A DNA stretch of 64,000 bases from Gemmatimonadota bacterium (GTDB lineage Bacteria > Gemmatimonadota > Gemmatimonadetes > Gemmatimonadales > GWC2-71-9), in NCBI GenBank assembly GCA_039584325.1, contig JBDGYA010000012.1, positions 3,544 through 67,543 of the forward strand, written 5' to 3'. Both the position numbers and the translations under genes were made by a program. The notes under the pieces are model-generated. The model ran no database searches and was not told the DNA's origin. It worked only from the letters and a program-made list of their open reading frames with translations. Shown in pieces: positions 27,610 through 36,433 of this stretch; position 1 is the first letter of the stretch, and every line of letters begins with the position of its first letter.

Positions 27610-28035
27610 CTAGGCCGCCGCGCAGTGCTGGTCGAACGCCTCCACGAGTTCGGCGGCGATCTCGTCGGCCATCCGACCCTCGATATGTCGGCGCTCGAGC
27701 ACATGCGCCGGCTTGCCGTCCACGAAGAGCGCGATGTTGGGAGAGGACGGCGCATGTCCCTCGAGGTACGATCGCACCCGGTCGACGGCTTCCAACTCCA
27801 TCCCTGCGAAGACCGTAACCAGCCGATCGGGGATAGCCGTGTGCTGCAGGGCCTTCGCGACAGCCGGTCGCGCCATGCCGGCCGCGCACCCGCACACCGA
27901 GTTGATGACGACGAGGGTCGGCCGGTGTTCCGTGCCGAGGACCGAATCGACGGCCTCCGGCGTCAGGAGCTCCTCGAAGCCGAGTCGGGTCAACTCCTCC
28001 CGCATCGGCTGGACTAGTAAAGGGTTGTATCGCAC
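27610..28035 (-). CDS. bacilliredoxin (BrxA/BrxB, YphP/YqiW family)
   Basis: 141 aa with PMREELTRLGFEELLTPEAV...LVVINSVCGCAAGMARPA...TVFAGM...SSPNIALF. The CGC active site and overall pattern match B. subtilis YphP as I recall it. Confidence 0.8.
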   Translation of the reverse strand: MRYNPLLVQPMREELTRLGFEELLTPEAVDSVLGTEHRPTLVVINSVCGCAAGMARPAVAKALQHTAIPDRLVTVFAGMELEAVDRVRSYLEGHAPSSPNIALFVDGKPAHVLERRHIEGRMADEIAAELVEAFDQHCAAA

Positions 28036-28175
28036 GCTACTCGCCTCCGGCCGGGTTTGCGGTGGGGGGGATTGGGACGAAGCGTCGTCGCGCTCACCAT
28101 ACTCACATGTCCGCTCGGGGTTCCGTCAGGCCAGTGGTGACCAGAGGGCGGCACGGCCCTCCAGCGGTGCATTCG

Positions 28176-28310
28176 GGGGCGGCTCACCCGTGGACGGTCC
28201 AACGCCTCGGGCGGGGAATCGCATTCATGCAAGATGCCCACGACCGCACTGCCGAGGCCCAGGGCGAAGGCGATCTCCGTCCCGCTGGCCAGTAGGGAGA
28301 CGATTCTCAT
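28176..28310 (-). pseudogene. 5' relic of a BtuF/FhuD-like (Peripla_BP_2) binding-protein gene
   Basis: ATG 28310 begins MRIVSLLASGTEIAFALGLGSAVVGILHECDSPPEALDRPRVSR, the typical N-terminus of this family. After that the similarity is lost, and the ORF runs into the bacilliredoxin start. GC3 is 37/45 by hand count. Confidence 0.5.
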
Positions 28311-28353
28311 GACCAGGGATGACTATCAACGCCCACACGCCCACGCAAGGCGC

Positions 28354-28383
28354 TTGACACGCTCGTTGACGCCGTTCAAGATT
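28354..28383 (+). promoter_or_regulatory. possible promoter for the ferredoxin gene
   Basis: TTGACA at 28354-28359, an 18-nt spacer, then AAGATT at 28378-28383. The -10 element is weak. Confidence 0.3.
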
Positions 28384-28427
28384 GCGAGCGTCAGCGGTTA
28401 CACACCCGATCTCCGGAGAGACTACTC

Positions 28428-28700
28428 ATGGCCTACGTCATCGCCGAGCCCTGTATCGGCACAATGGACCGCGGATGTGTCGATGTCTGCCCGGTGGACT
28501 GCATCTACGAAGGCGAAGACCAGCTCTACATACACCCCGACGAGTGCATCGACTGTGGTGCATGCGAGCCGGAGTGTCCGGTGACTGCCATCTTCCCGGA
28601 AGAGGACGTCCCGGAGGAATGGCACAGCTTCACCGAGAAGAACCGGGCTTATTTCGAGTCCGGGGAAGAGCGACAGGTGGCCCAGGGCCGCGGGGGCTGA
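28428..28700 (+). CDS. ferredoxin (7Fe/2x[4Fe-4S]-type, FdxA-like)
   Basis: [26 protein letters not shown]...[21 protein letters not shown] lies 7 nt before the ATG. Confidence 0.9.
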   Translation: MAYVIAEPCIGTMDRGCVDVCPVDCIYEGEDQLYIHPDECIDCGACEPECPVTAIFPEEDVPEEWHSFTEKNRAYFESGEERQVAQGRGG

Positions 28701-28716
28701 TCCCCCGCTCCCCCAC

Positions 28717-28751
28717 CGAACGATGGCCAGCGGCCCCGCGATGCTCCTGTG
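28717..28751. terminator. hairpin between the convergent ferredoxin and GNAT genes
   Basis: 11-bp stem CCAGCGGCCCC / GGGGCCGCTGG with a 13-nt loop. There is no clear U-tract on either side. Confidence 0.4.
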
Positions 28752-28788
28752 GGGCCGCTGGCGGTTGCGGGATCGCGTGGGCCGGGCG

Positions 28789-29238
28789 CTACTGCGGTCC
28801 CCGCACCATGGCCTGGGCTGAGTCGGGACAGAGCTCGGTGAACTCCGCGGACTGCCGGACCACAGGGTCGACCTCCTCCCGGCCGATCGGCTGAAAACCG
28901 AACCTCCCGAAGAACTCTGGGGCGGTTTCCGTCAACAGGTACACGCGCCGCACACCCGCCCGAGCGGCGGCGGCGAGCACGTATGCCGTCAACCGGGCGC
29001 CAATCCCGCGTCCCCGCGCTCCGGGGTCGACCGCAACGGAGCGCAGCAGTCCGGCCTCGCCGTAGCGCTCCATGGCCGCGCACCCTACCACGGCCTCCGC
29101 ACGGATCGCGACCACGAGCCCATCTCCCAGCCCATCGACACCCGACGCGGGGAGGCCGGCATCCGCCAGGAGCCTCCGGACGTCAGCCAGCTCACCAGCC
29201 CCGTGGGGCCGGACTAGACACTCGGCGTTTGGGGTCAT
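28789..29238 (-). CDS. GNAT family N-acetyltransferase (ArsN2-like)
   Basis: 149 aa with ...LLRSVAVDPGARGRGIGARL... (acetyl-CoA-binding Q/RxxGxG/A) and ...FFGRFGFQPI... Confidence 0.75.
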   Translation of the reverse strand: MTPNAECLVRPHGAGELADVRRLLADAGLPASGVDGLGDGLVVAIRAEAVVGCAAMERYGEAGLLRSVAVDPGARGRGIGARLTAYVLAAAARAGVRRVYLLTETAPEFFGRFGFQPIGREEVDPVVRQSAEFTELCPDSAQAMVRGPQ

Positions 29239-29346
29239 GATCCCGAATGTTACGGAAACTCAGCAGTTCCCGAAACCGGAGGTGGCGACGCCGCGTAGGG
29301 CTGATTGAGCGGGTTTCGCACCATCCTCAATTGCCTTGGAGCTAGC

Positions 29347-29835
29347 ATGCGACGAATGATCGCCCTCGTTCCGGTCGCCGTGGTGGGAGGGTATCTGGCC
29401 CTGGCCGCGCGGGACCGGGACCACACCGACCACCGGCGCCACGTCATCGCGGTGGCCGATGCGCCGTCACCGGCGGCCGTCGCGCATATCGCGGCGGCAG
29501 CGCCGGAACTCGCGGTGGTCGTGCATCGGCATGAAGCCGCGGCCACGGCCGCAGAGGCACGCGCCACAGCGGCAGAGGCACGGGTGGCCGCCGAGGCCAG
29601 CGGGTCCGTGACGATCTCGCTGGACGGCCTCTTACGGATTATCACCCGCGAACTCGAGCGCAGCGCCACGGACAGCGAGGAGGTCGTGTTGCAGGACCTC
29701 CGTATCTCCGCCACCATCCTCGCCGATCTGGCCGCGGAACTCGAGGGCCTCGCCGAGATCCGGACGACCGATAGCAGCGTGGCCATCGTCGGTGCGTCGG
29801 ACGGCGCCCGCGTGCATGTGGCAGTCGAGCGGTGA
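29347..29835 (+). CDS. hypothetical membrane-anchored protein
   Basis: ATG 29347 begins MRRMIALVPVAVVGGYLALAA (TM helix), followed by an Ala-rich helical region (AAEARATAAEARVAAEA). GC3 is high throughout. I recognise no family. Confidence 0.55.
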   Translation: MRRMIALVPVAVVGGYLALAARDRDHTDHRRHVIAVADAPSPAAVAHIAAAAPELAVVVHRHEAAATAAEARATAAEARVAAEASGSVTISLDGLLRIITRELERSATDSEEVVLQDLRISATILADLAAELEGLAEIRTTDSSVAIVGASDGARVHVAVER

Positions 29836-29892
29836 GAGGGGGCACATTCCCGGCGAGGCACGGACGGTGACGTCAACTCGTCGTCGACGAAC

Positions 29893-31005
29893 ATGGGGAC
29901 ACAGGATATGAAACGTCGGACGAAGATCGTAACCACCATCGTATCGCTCGTCGTGGTGGGGGGCCTCGCCTTCGTCGTCAACGCATCGCGCGGAGACGGC
30001 CCGGACGAGAGCATCAAGACCGTGGCCGTCGAGCGCATGACCATCGTCGACAAGGCACTCGCGGTCGGCCGCATCGAGCCCGAGATCGAGATCAGCGTCA
30101 AATCGCAGATCTCCGGTGTGGTCCGGCGGGTCCTCGCCGAGGAAGGGGACTTCGTTCGGGCGGGTGCCCCCCTACTCGAGATCAAGCCGAACCCCACTCC
30201 TCTCGAGCTGGCGGACGCGCGTCGGCAGCTCGAGCTGCGCCAGATCGAGCTCGACAACCTGCGGCGAAACCTCGAACGTCAGCAGGCACTGAAGGAGCAG
30301 GGGCTCGTGTCGGACCGAGAGTTCCAGGAGACGGAGCAGCGCCATGCCGAGCAGGAGATCCAGCTTCAGATGGCACGGGAGCGCCTCACGCTGCTGGAAG
30401 AGGGGAAGCTGACGATTGCCGACGACGAGGTGGAGACGGTCATCCGCTCGCCGATCGACGGGTTCATCCTCGAGAAGACGGTCGACGTTGGGGATCCCGT
30501 GGTACCCCTCAGCACCTATCAGGAGGGCACCGTGCTCATGTCGATGGCGGAGATGGACAAGCTCCTACTTCGCGGGACCGTCGACGAGATCGATGTTGGC
30601 CGGCTGCGCGACGGCCTGCCGGTGGAGATCACGATCGGAGCGTTGCCGGATGCGCGAGTGAGCGGCCGGCTGGCGCAGATTTCACTCAAAGCCCGGACGG
30701 AGGACAACTCGACCGTCTTCCCGGTGGAGATCGCCATCACCGCCACGCGTGGCTCGACCCTGCGGGCGGGCTACTCGGCCAACGCCGACGTCATCATCGA
30801 ACGCCGGGACAGTGTGTTATCCATCCCGGAACGTCTGGTCACCGTCGAGAACGATACGGCGCGCGTGACGGTGCTGCTGCCCGACGGGTCGACGGAACAG
30901 CGCATCATCGAGCGCGGGCTCTCCGATGCCATCAATCTGGAGGTCATCTCGGGCCTGAGCGAAGGCGAGTTGGTGGTCGAGCCACCACCCCGGGAGATCC
31001 GCTGA
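29893..31005 (+). CDS. efflux periplasmic adaptor (MacA/HlyD family)
   Basis: N-terminal TM helix, a lipoyl-like motif (SGVVRRVLAEEGDFVRAGAPLLEI), a coiled-coil hairpin and a beta-barrel. The start is either 29893 or 29908. Confidence 0.85.
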   Translation: MGTQDMKRRTKIVTTIVSLVVVGGLAFVVNASRGDGPDESIKTVAVERMTIVDKALAVGRIEPEIEISVKSQISGVVRRVLAEEGDFVRAGAPLLEIKPNPTPLELADARRQLELRQIELDNLRRNLERQQALKEQGLVSDREFQETEQRHAEQEIQLQMARERLTLLEEGKLTIADDEVETVIRSPIDGFILEKTVDVGDPVVPLSTYQEGTVLMSMAEMDKLLLRGTVDEIDVGRLRDGLPVEITIGALPDARVSGRLAQISLKARTEDNSTVFPVEIAITATRGSTLRAGYSANADVIIERRDSVLSIPERLVTVENDTARVTVLLPDGSTEQRIIERGLSDAINLEVISGLSEGELVVEPPPREIR

Positions 31006-31011
31006 GCGTCA

Positions 31012-32244
31012 ATGCAGGTCGCCAATCTCTTTCGGGAGTTCGTTGCGGACATTCGAGCCCAGCGTCTGCGGACGACGCTCACCGTGCTCGGCATCGCGTG
31101 GGGGACCATCGCAGTAGTAGTCCTGCTCGCGTTCGGCGTGGGCCTCGAGCGGCAAACCCGGAAGCGGTTCCACGGCCTGGGCGACCGCATCGTCATTCTG
31201 TTCGGTGGGCGGACGACGGTGACCTACCAGGGATTCCCCGAAGGCCGCTACATCCGCCTGCGTGAGGCTGACGGCGAGCTGCTGCTGGAAGAGATTCCGG
31301 ACATCCTCATGCTCAGCCCGGAATACAGCACCCGGCAGACGCCGGTGCGGCGCGGCAAGCAGACCGCCAATCCGAACATCACCGGTGTCCTGCCGGTGTA
31401 CGGCGAGATGCGCAACATCATCGCCGACTACGGCGGCCGGTTCCTCACCGACCAGGACGTCGCCGAGCGGCGACGCGTTGCCATGCTCGGGGACGAGCTG
31501 GCGGACCTGCTGTTCGACGGAACGGACCCGGTCGGGGAGCAGGTCTTCATCGGGGAGACGCCGTTCACGGTCATCGGCGTGATGAAGCCGAAGACGCAGA
31601 ACTCGTCGTACAACGGCCGCGACAAGGACCGCGTGTTCATCCCCAGCAGCACGTTCACCGCGATCTTTGGTGACCGGTACGTCAACAACTTCGTCTACCG
31701 TACACGGGACGTGACCGTCACCAAGGTGGTCGAGCAGCGGGTGTACGAAACGCTCGGACGGCGTCATACGTTCGACCCCGAGGACGAGGACGCCCTCGCG
31801 GTGTGGGACACAGCCGAGTGGGAGCTCCGATTCAGTTATCTGTTCTTGGCCTTCAACATCTTCTTCGCCATCGTGGGCAGCTTCACCCTCACCGTAGGGG
31901 GCATCGGCGTCGCGAACATCATGTACATCGTGGTCCGCGAGCGGACGAAGGAGATCGGGATCCGGCGGTCCGTGGGCGCCACGCGCCGCGACATCCTGCT
32001 GCAGTTCATCGGTGAAACCCTCCTGATCGTCGCGATGGGCGCCCTGCTCGGATTCGTCGGCTCCTGGGGCATCGTGTGGCTACTCGGCTTCGTCCCGATG
32101 CAGGAGTTCGTCGGCACCCCAACGATCTCGCCCGTGGTGGGGATGGTGGCGCTCTCCCTGCTCGGCGTCATCGGGCTCCTCGCGGGCCTGTTCCCCGCCC
32201 GCAAGGCCGCCAACCTCGATCCTGTCGACTGCCTGAGGTACTGA
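31012..32244 (+). CDS. ABC transporter permease, MacB/FtsX type
   Basis: 410 aa with a MacB_PCD-like periplasmic domain between TM1 and TM2 and a C-terminal FtsX core (...RERTKEIGIRRSVGA...PARKAANLDPVDCLRY). Confidence 0.85.
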   Translation: MQVANLFREFVADIRAQRLRTTLTVLGIAWGTIAVVVLLAFGVGLERQTRKRFHGLGDRIVILFGGRTTVTYQGFPEGRYIRLREADGELLLEEIPDILMLSPEYSTRQTPVRRGKQTANPNITGVLPVYGEMRNIIADYGGRFLTDQDVAERRRVAMLGDELADLLFDGTDPVGEQVFIGETPFTVIGVMKPKTQNSSYNGRDKDRVFIPSSTFTAIFGDRYVNNFVYRTRDVTVTKVVEQRVYETLGRRHTFDPEDEDALAVWDTAEWELRFSYLFLAFNIFFAIVGSFTLTVGGIGVANIMYIVVRERTKEIGIRRSVGATRRDILLQFIGETLLIVAMGALLGFVGSWGIVWLLGFVPMQEFVGTPTISPVVGMVALSLLGVIGLLAGLFPARKAANLDPVDCLRY

Positions 32245-32247
32245 GCG

Positions 32248-33492
32248 ATGTGGCGCATTCTCTTCGAGGAGTTCATCGGCGACCTGCGCACGCAGAAGAC
32301 GAGGGCCCTGTTGACGATGTTTGCTGTCACCTGGGGCACCGTGGCGGTCGTCATCCTCCTGGCATTCGGCGAGGGACTTAAGACCGCGATCTCCACGGGG
32401 TTACTGAACGCCGGCGAGCGGCTGTACATGGTCTACGGTGGTAGCACGAGCCGGGTGTGGGAAGGCCTGCCCACGGGCCGGAGAATACGGCTCACGGAGG
32501 AGGATCTGGCGCTCCTGATGCGCTCGATTCCGGAGATCGAGATGGGCAGCCCGTCGTACGGTCGGTGGGGCACGAGTCTCCGGTGGGATGAGAACAAGAC
32601 GACCACCTACATGGAGGGCGTCCACCCGTCCTTCTCCGAGATGCGGCGCGTGTTCTCGCGGGCCGGTGGCCGCTTTCTCAACGAGGACGATCTGCGCGAG
32701 CGGCGACGGGTGATCTTCCTCGGCAACGAGATCGCCGAGCGTCTCTTCGGCGATAGCGACCCGATCGGCGAGACTCTCATCCTGGACGGATTGCCGTTCA
32801 CGGTAATCGGCGTCATGCAGGAGAAGTTCCAGGATTCCAGCAACAACGGACCGGACGCCGACCGGGCCATCATTCCCGCCTCGACCCTCAAGGCCATCTA
32901 CGGCCACCGGTACGTGAACCACCTCCTGATTCGCCCACGGGACACCAACGAGGCCGTGTACGTCAAGCAGCGGCTGTTCGACGTGATGGGCGCCCGCTAC
33001 CGCTTCGACCCAGGCGACGAGCGCGCGCTTCCCATGTGGGACTTCATCGAGGATCAGAAGATGGTGGACTCCATCGGGCTCGGAATTCAGATCTTTCTCG
33101 GGCTCGTGGGCGCCTTCACGCTGCTCGTCGCGGGCGTGGGCGTCGCCAACATCATGTACGTCGTGGTCCGCGAGCGCACGCGGGAGATCGGGGTGAAGCT
33201 GGCGGTGGGGGCCCGGCGGCGGCACATCATGGCGCAGTTCGTCTTTGAGGCGATGTTGATCGCCCTGATCGGCGGTGCGATCGGGCTCGGAGTCGCCGCC
33301 GGCGTGGTGGCACTCGTCAACGCAATTCCGGCCGAGGATCAGGCAATGCAGTACATCGCCAACCCCATGCTCTCCTGGCCGATCGCATTGGTGTGCGTGT
33401 CGATCCTCGTCACGATCGGGCTGGCCGCGGGCATCCTCCCGGCGCGGCGCGCTGCCGCCGTGGACCCGATCGAGTCACTCCGCTACGAGTAG
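32248..33492 (+). CDS. ABC transporter permease, MacB/FtsX type (paralogue)
   Basis: 414 aa with the same architecture (...RERTREIGVKLAVGA...PARRAAAVDPIESLRYE). Confidence 0.85.
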   Translation: MWRILFEEFIGDLRTQKTRALLTMFAVTWGTVAVVILLAFGEGLKTAISTGLLNAGERLYMVYGGSTSRVWEGLPTGRRIRLTEEDLALLMRSIPEIEMGSPSYGRWGTSLRWDENKTTTYMEGVHPSFSEMRRVFSRAGGRFLNEDDLRERRRVIFLGNEIAERLFGDSDPIGETLILDGLPFTVIGVMQEKFQDSSNNGPDADRAIIPASTLKAIYGHRYVNHLLIRPRDTNEAVYVKQRLFDVMGARYRFDPGDERALPMWDFIEDQKMVDSIGLGIQIFLGLVGAFTLLVAGVGVANIMYVVVRERTREIGVKLAVGARRRHIMAQFVFEAMLIALIGGAIGLGVAAGVVALVNAIPAEDQAMQYIANPMLSWPIALVCVSILVTIGLAAGILPARRAAAVDPIESLRYE

Positions 33493-34223
33493 CCGGGGCA
33501 CCAGTGCCCTGTCCACCCACGCCCTTGCGTAGTCCTGTAACACGTATTGATGTAATGGCTTAGACACTAGCGCGTGAGGGTGTTGCGACTTAGGCATGTT
33601 CGCGTCCTGGGGAGAAGCGCCTGCAGGGGCCCGGAACCCCTGGACTCCGACGTCCTCGAGAACGTCCGATCGCTGCCTGTCGTGGGACTCAAGTCGCATG
33701 TAATCCCGCCGCGCGATCATCCAGCACTGTCCATTCATGCCACTGAGCCGGGCCATGTCATAGACATAACTCTGACAAGCGTTGGTCACACCGGGCGCCA
33801 CCTCAAGGCGCGGGGGATCGTGCCCCACTCCGCCCCAGACCCGCACGACGACGTGCGCGTTCGGATCTACCGCGACCTGGGTCATGCCTGGAGCGGGTTC
33901 CGCCAGAACGTCTATCCCTTCACCGGCCAGACCGTCTGGACCTTCGCCGTCGTGCACCTGAGTTAGGTCGCGCTGTTGGTCTTGGCTCCCCTGGTTTCAC
34001 CCTGGTTCGTGCTCGCGCGGTACGGGCACGAGGTCGGGTCCGACCGGATCGTGCGCCCGCCAAGGTGGGTGTCGGCGATGACGCCCGTCTCGTGATGCTC
34101 GGGGCGGTCTTGCAGCTCGACTCGGCCGTGGCCCACTGGACAGGCCGGGCACGGTGGAAGGGACGGCCCATCGTCCGGCGCGTGCCGGATGCCGCTGGAG
34201 ATTCTCGCACCGCTTGACGGGCT
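33475..34223 (-). pseudogene. decayed or frameshifted ORF of unknown family (two consecutive coding-like segments in different frames)
   Basis: Segment A (34223..33966, stop at 33963-33965) has hand-counted GC1 of about 66% and GC3 of about 86% over its last 58 codons. Its only canonical start is GTG 34136. Segment B is the 160-aa ORF 33957..33475; its codon usage is better than that of its antisense partner 33574..33966, but its last ~25 codons look non-coding (GC3 about 54%). Confidence 0.35.
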
Positions 34224-34273
34224 CTACCCCCGTAGCGCAGCATTCACCGACTCTCACCATATGGGCAGGGCAC

Positions 34274-34933
34274 ATGCCACCGGTCATCATCATCGGTGTC
34301 GCCGGGGGATCGGGCTCGGGCAAGACGACCGTGGTCAATCGTATCGTCGGGAGTCTGGGACCCGAGCAGGTCACCTGCCTCCAGCACGATTCCTACTACT
34401 ACGATCGAAGCGCGGTACCGCCTGCCGAGCGGGTCCATATCAACTACGATCATCCCGACGCCCTGGAATCGCCGCGTCTCGTGCGGGATCTCGAACGGCT
34501 CAAGGCCGGCCAGCCGGTCGAGGTCCCGGTCTACGACTTCGCGACACACAGCCGCACGGAGCGGACCGTCACCGCCGATCCGCGGTGCGTCGTGATTCTG
34601 GAAGGCATCCTGATCCTCGCCGATGCCGAGCTCAGACGTCTGATGGACATCATGGTGTTCGTGGACGCCGATGCAGACCTGCGGATCTTGCGGCGGCTCG
34701 ACCGCGACATTCGGGAGCGGAAGCGGGATCTGGACTCCGTGATTGAGCAGTACCTGGAGTCGGTCCGCCCGATGCATCTCGAGTTCGTGGAGCCCAGCAA
34801 GCGGTACGCACACGTCATCATCCCCGAGGGCGGGCACAACCGCGTGGCCGTCGAGATGTTGATCACGACCATCCGGTCGATCCTGCGGACGGGCGACAGG
34901 GGTGCAGAGGGACGAGGGAAAAGGGAAGAGTGA
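34274..34933 (+). CDS. udk: uridine kinase
   Basis: ATG 34274 begins MPPVIIIGVAGGSGSGKTTV (P-loop)...QHDSYYYD...INYDHPDA...VPVYDF...ILEGIL. The track's longer N-terminus is not supported. Confidence 0.9.
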   Translation: MPPVIIIGVAGGSGSGKTTVVNRIVGSLGPEQVTCLQHDSYYYDRSAVPPAERVHINYDHPDALESPRLVRDLERLKAGQPVEVPVYDFATHSRTERTVTADPRCVVILEGILILADAELRRLMDIMVFVDADADLRILRRLDRDIRERKRDLDSVIEQYLESVRPMHLEFVEPSKRYAHVIIPEGGHNRVAVEMLITTIRSILRTGDRGAEGRGKREE

Positions 34934-35126
34934 TGGAGGGGAAGCGGACAACGTGGAACGTGCAACAGTGGGGGGGCCGGCGTGACCGGGTTGGAACTCA
35001 GCTTCGATTCCGCCGCCGTCTCATCGCGCGACACACTGCGCCGTCATCCGTTAACGGTTCACGGTTCACGTTGCACGTAGACACTTTTGCCCTCGACAAC
35101 CTCTCTCCCGCCACGTTCACGTCTCA

Positions 35127-36371
35127 CTACCTGAGCAGCATTCTCACCGAATCGAGACTACCGTCGTTGGGAGCCGCAGCCACCTCGAGAACATGGCAGA
35201 GCAGCTCGTACACATGGATGTTTTGAAACGGCGGCACCACTGCGCCCGATCGGAACGCGGGTCCGGAGGCGATGAAGAGCGCCTGCATCGACTGAGCGGC
35301 ATTGTCGTACCCGTGCGTCGCGCCGCCGAACGCGTCCGGGCGTGACCGGAAATAGTCGCGGGTCGAGATCGCCCAGCCTGGGTCGGCGACGGCAAGGATC
35401 GGCTGGATCCGGTGGTGGTCGCGGTAGTGCCATCGATCCGGAATTTCGGCCTTGCGGTACACCTGCAAGTGCGGATGGGCACCGACGAGGCGCTGAAATA
35501 CCCCTTCTTCACGGCCCTCGGCCGGAACAATAGCCGCCACCGGACTCCAATCCACCACCTCCACGTCGTCCAGATCGACGAAGTCGTCGAGAAACACGAC
35601 TCGATCGCGGGAACGGTCAACCATTCCGTGGTCCGACACGATCACGAGATTTACTTCCTCGAGGATGTCCCGTGCCTCGAGTCCGGCGACCAGCCGACCG
35701 ATGGCCCGGTCGATCTCCCGGATCGCTTCGGACGTCTCGGGTGCATCTACGCCGAAGCCGTGTGTCGCGTCGTCGACGTCGGCAAAGTACGTCGTGATGA
35801 GCGAGGGCCGCTCGCCCTCCGGCAGATCGAGCCACGCGAGGACCTGATCCACCCGCTCGTCGTTGGGCGTGCGGTGCACGTAGGTCCTCCAGTGCGTCGG
35901 GCGAATACCCTGGATGTCCGCCTCCGTCCCGGGCCAGAAGAAGGCGGCTGCCGTACGCCCCGCCCGCTCAGCGGTGACCCATACGGGCTCCCCGCCCCAC
36001 CAGCGTCCGTCCTGCACCGCCTCGCGGTCGCTCAGCCGGAACCATGCTTCAAACAGGGGATCGTACATGGTGTTCGACACGATGCCGTGCCGCTCCGCAT
36101 ACACGCCGGTGACGATGCTGTAGTGATTCGGAAAAGTCTTCGTGGGAAAGATCGGAACCATCCACTCCGCCCGAACCCCCCGAGCGATCAACCCATCCAG
36201 CGTCGGAGTCTCCGCCTTCTCGAGAAAATCCCAGCCGAACGCGTCCAGGCCGACGAGGATCACCGGCGCCGGCGTGCCGTTCCGGGTGCAACTCACTCCC
36301 ACGATGACGGTCGCGATCAGCAGTGCTGCGAGCCGGCTCTGCCACGCGGCACGGCCCACTCGTGGTAGCAT
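35127..36371 (-). CDS. ectonucleotide pyrophosphatase/phosphodiesterase (alkaline-phosphatase superfamily)
   Basis: ATG 36371 gives a signal or lipoprotein N-terminus (VIVGVSC), then ILVGLDAFGWDF...PTKTFPNHYSIVTG...HGIVSN...SDHGM. Confidence 0.85.
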   Translation of the reverse strand: MLPRVGRAAWQSRLAALLIATVIVGVSCTRNGTPAPVILVGLDAFGWDFLEKAETPTLDGLIARGVRAEWMVPIFPTKTFPNHYSIVTGVYAERHGIVSNTMYDPLFEAWFRLSDREAVQDGRWWGGEPVWVTAERAGRTAAAFFWPGTEADIQGIRPTHWRTYVHRTPNDERVDQVLAWLDLPEGERPSLITTYFADVDDATHGFGVDAPETSEAIREIDRAIGRLVAGLEARDILEEVNLVIVSDHGMVDRSRDRVVFLDDFVDLDDVEVVDWSPVAAIVPAEGREEGVFQRLVGAHPHLQVYRKAEIPDRWHYRDHHRIQPILAVADPGWAISTRDYFRSRPDAFGGATHGYDNAAQSMQALFIASGPAFRSGAVVPPFQNIHVYELLCHVLEVAAAPNDGSLDSVRMLLR

Positions 36372-36433
36372 CACGTGTTCTACCTCGGCTGGTGGGTGAC
36401 GTGTAGAATCTAGAAGAACGCGGTAAGGGAGAG

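Noticed and set aside
33574-33966. 130-aa plus-strand ORF in the unannotated gap
   Set aside because: It shares second codon positions with the minus ORF and has the same GC3. However, it would use 6 CAT of 11 His codons and about 26 non-preferred codons, against about 10 for the minus strand. I judged it the shadow. The call is not certain.
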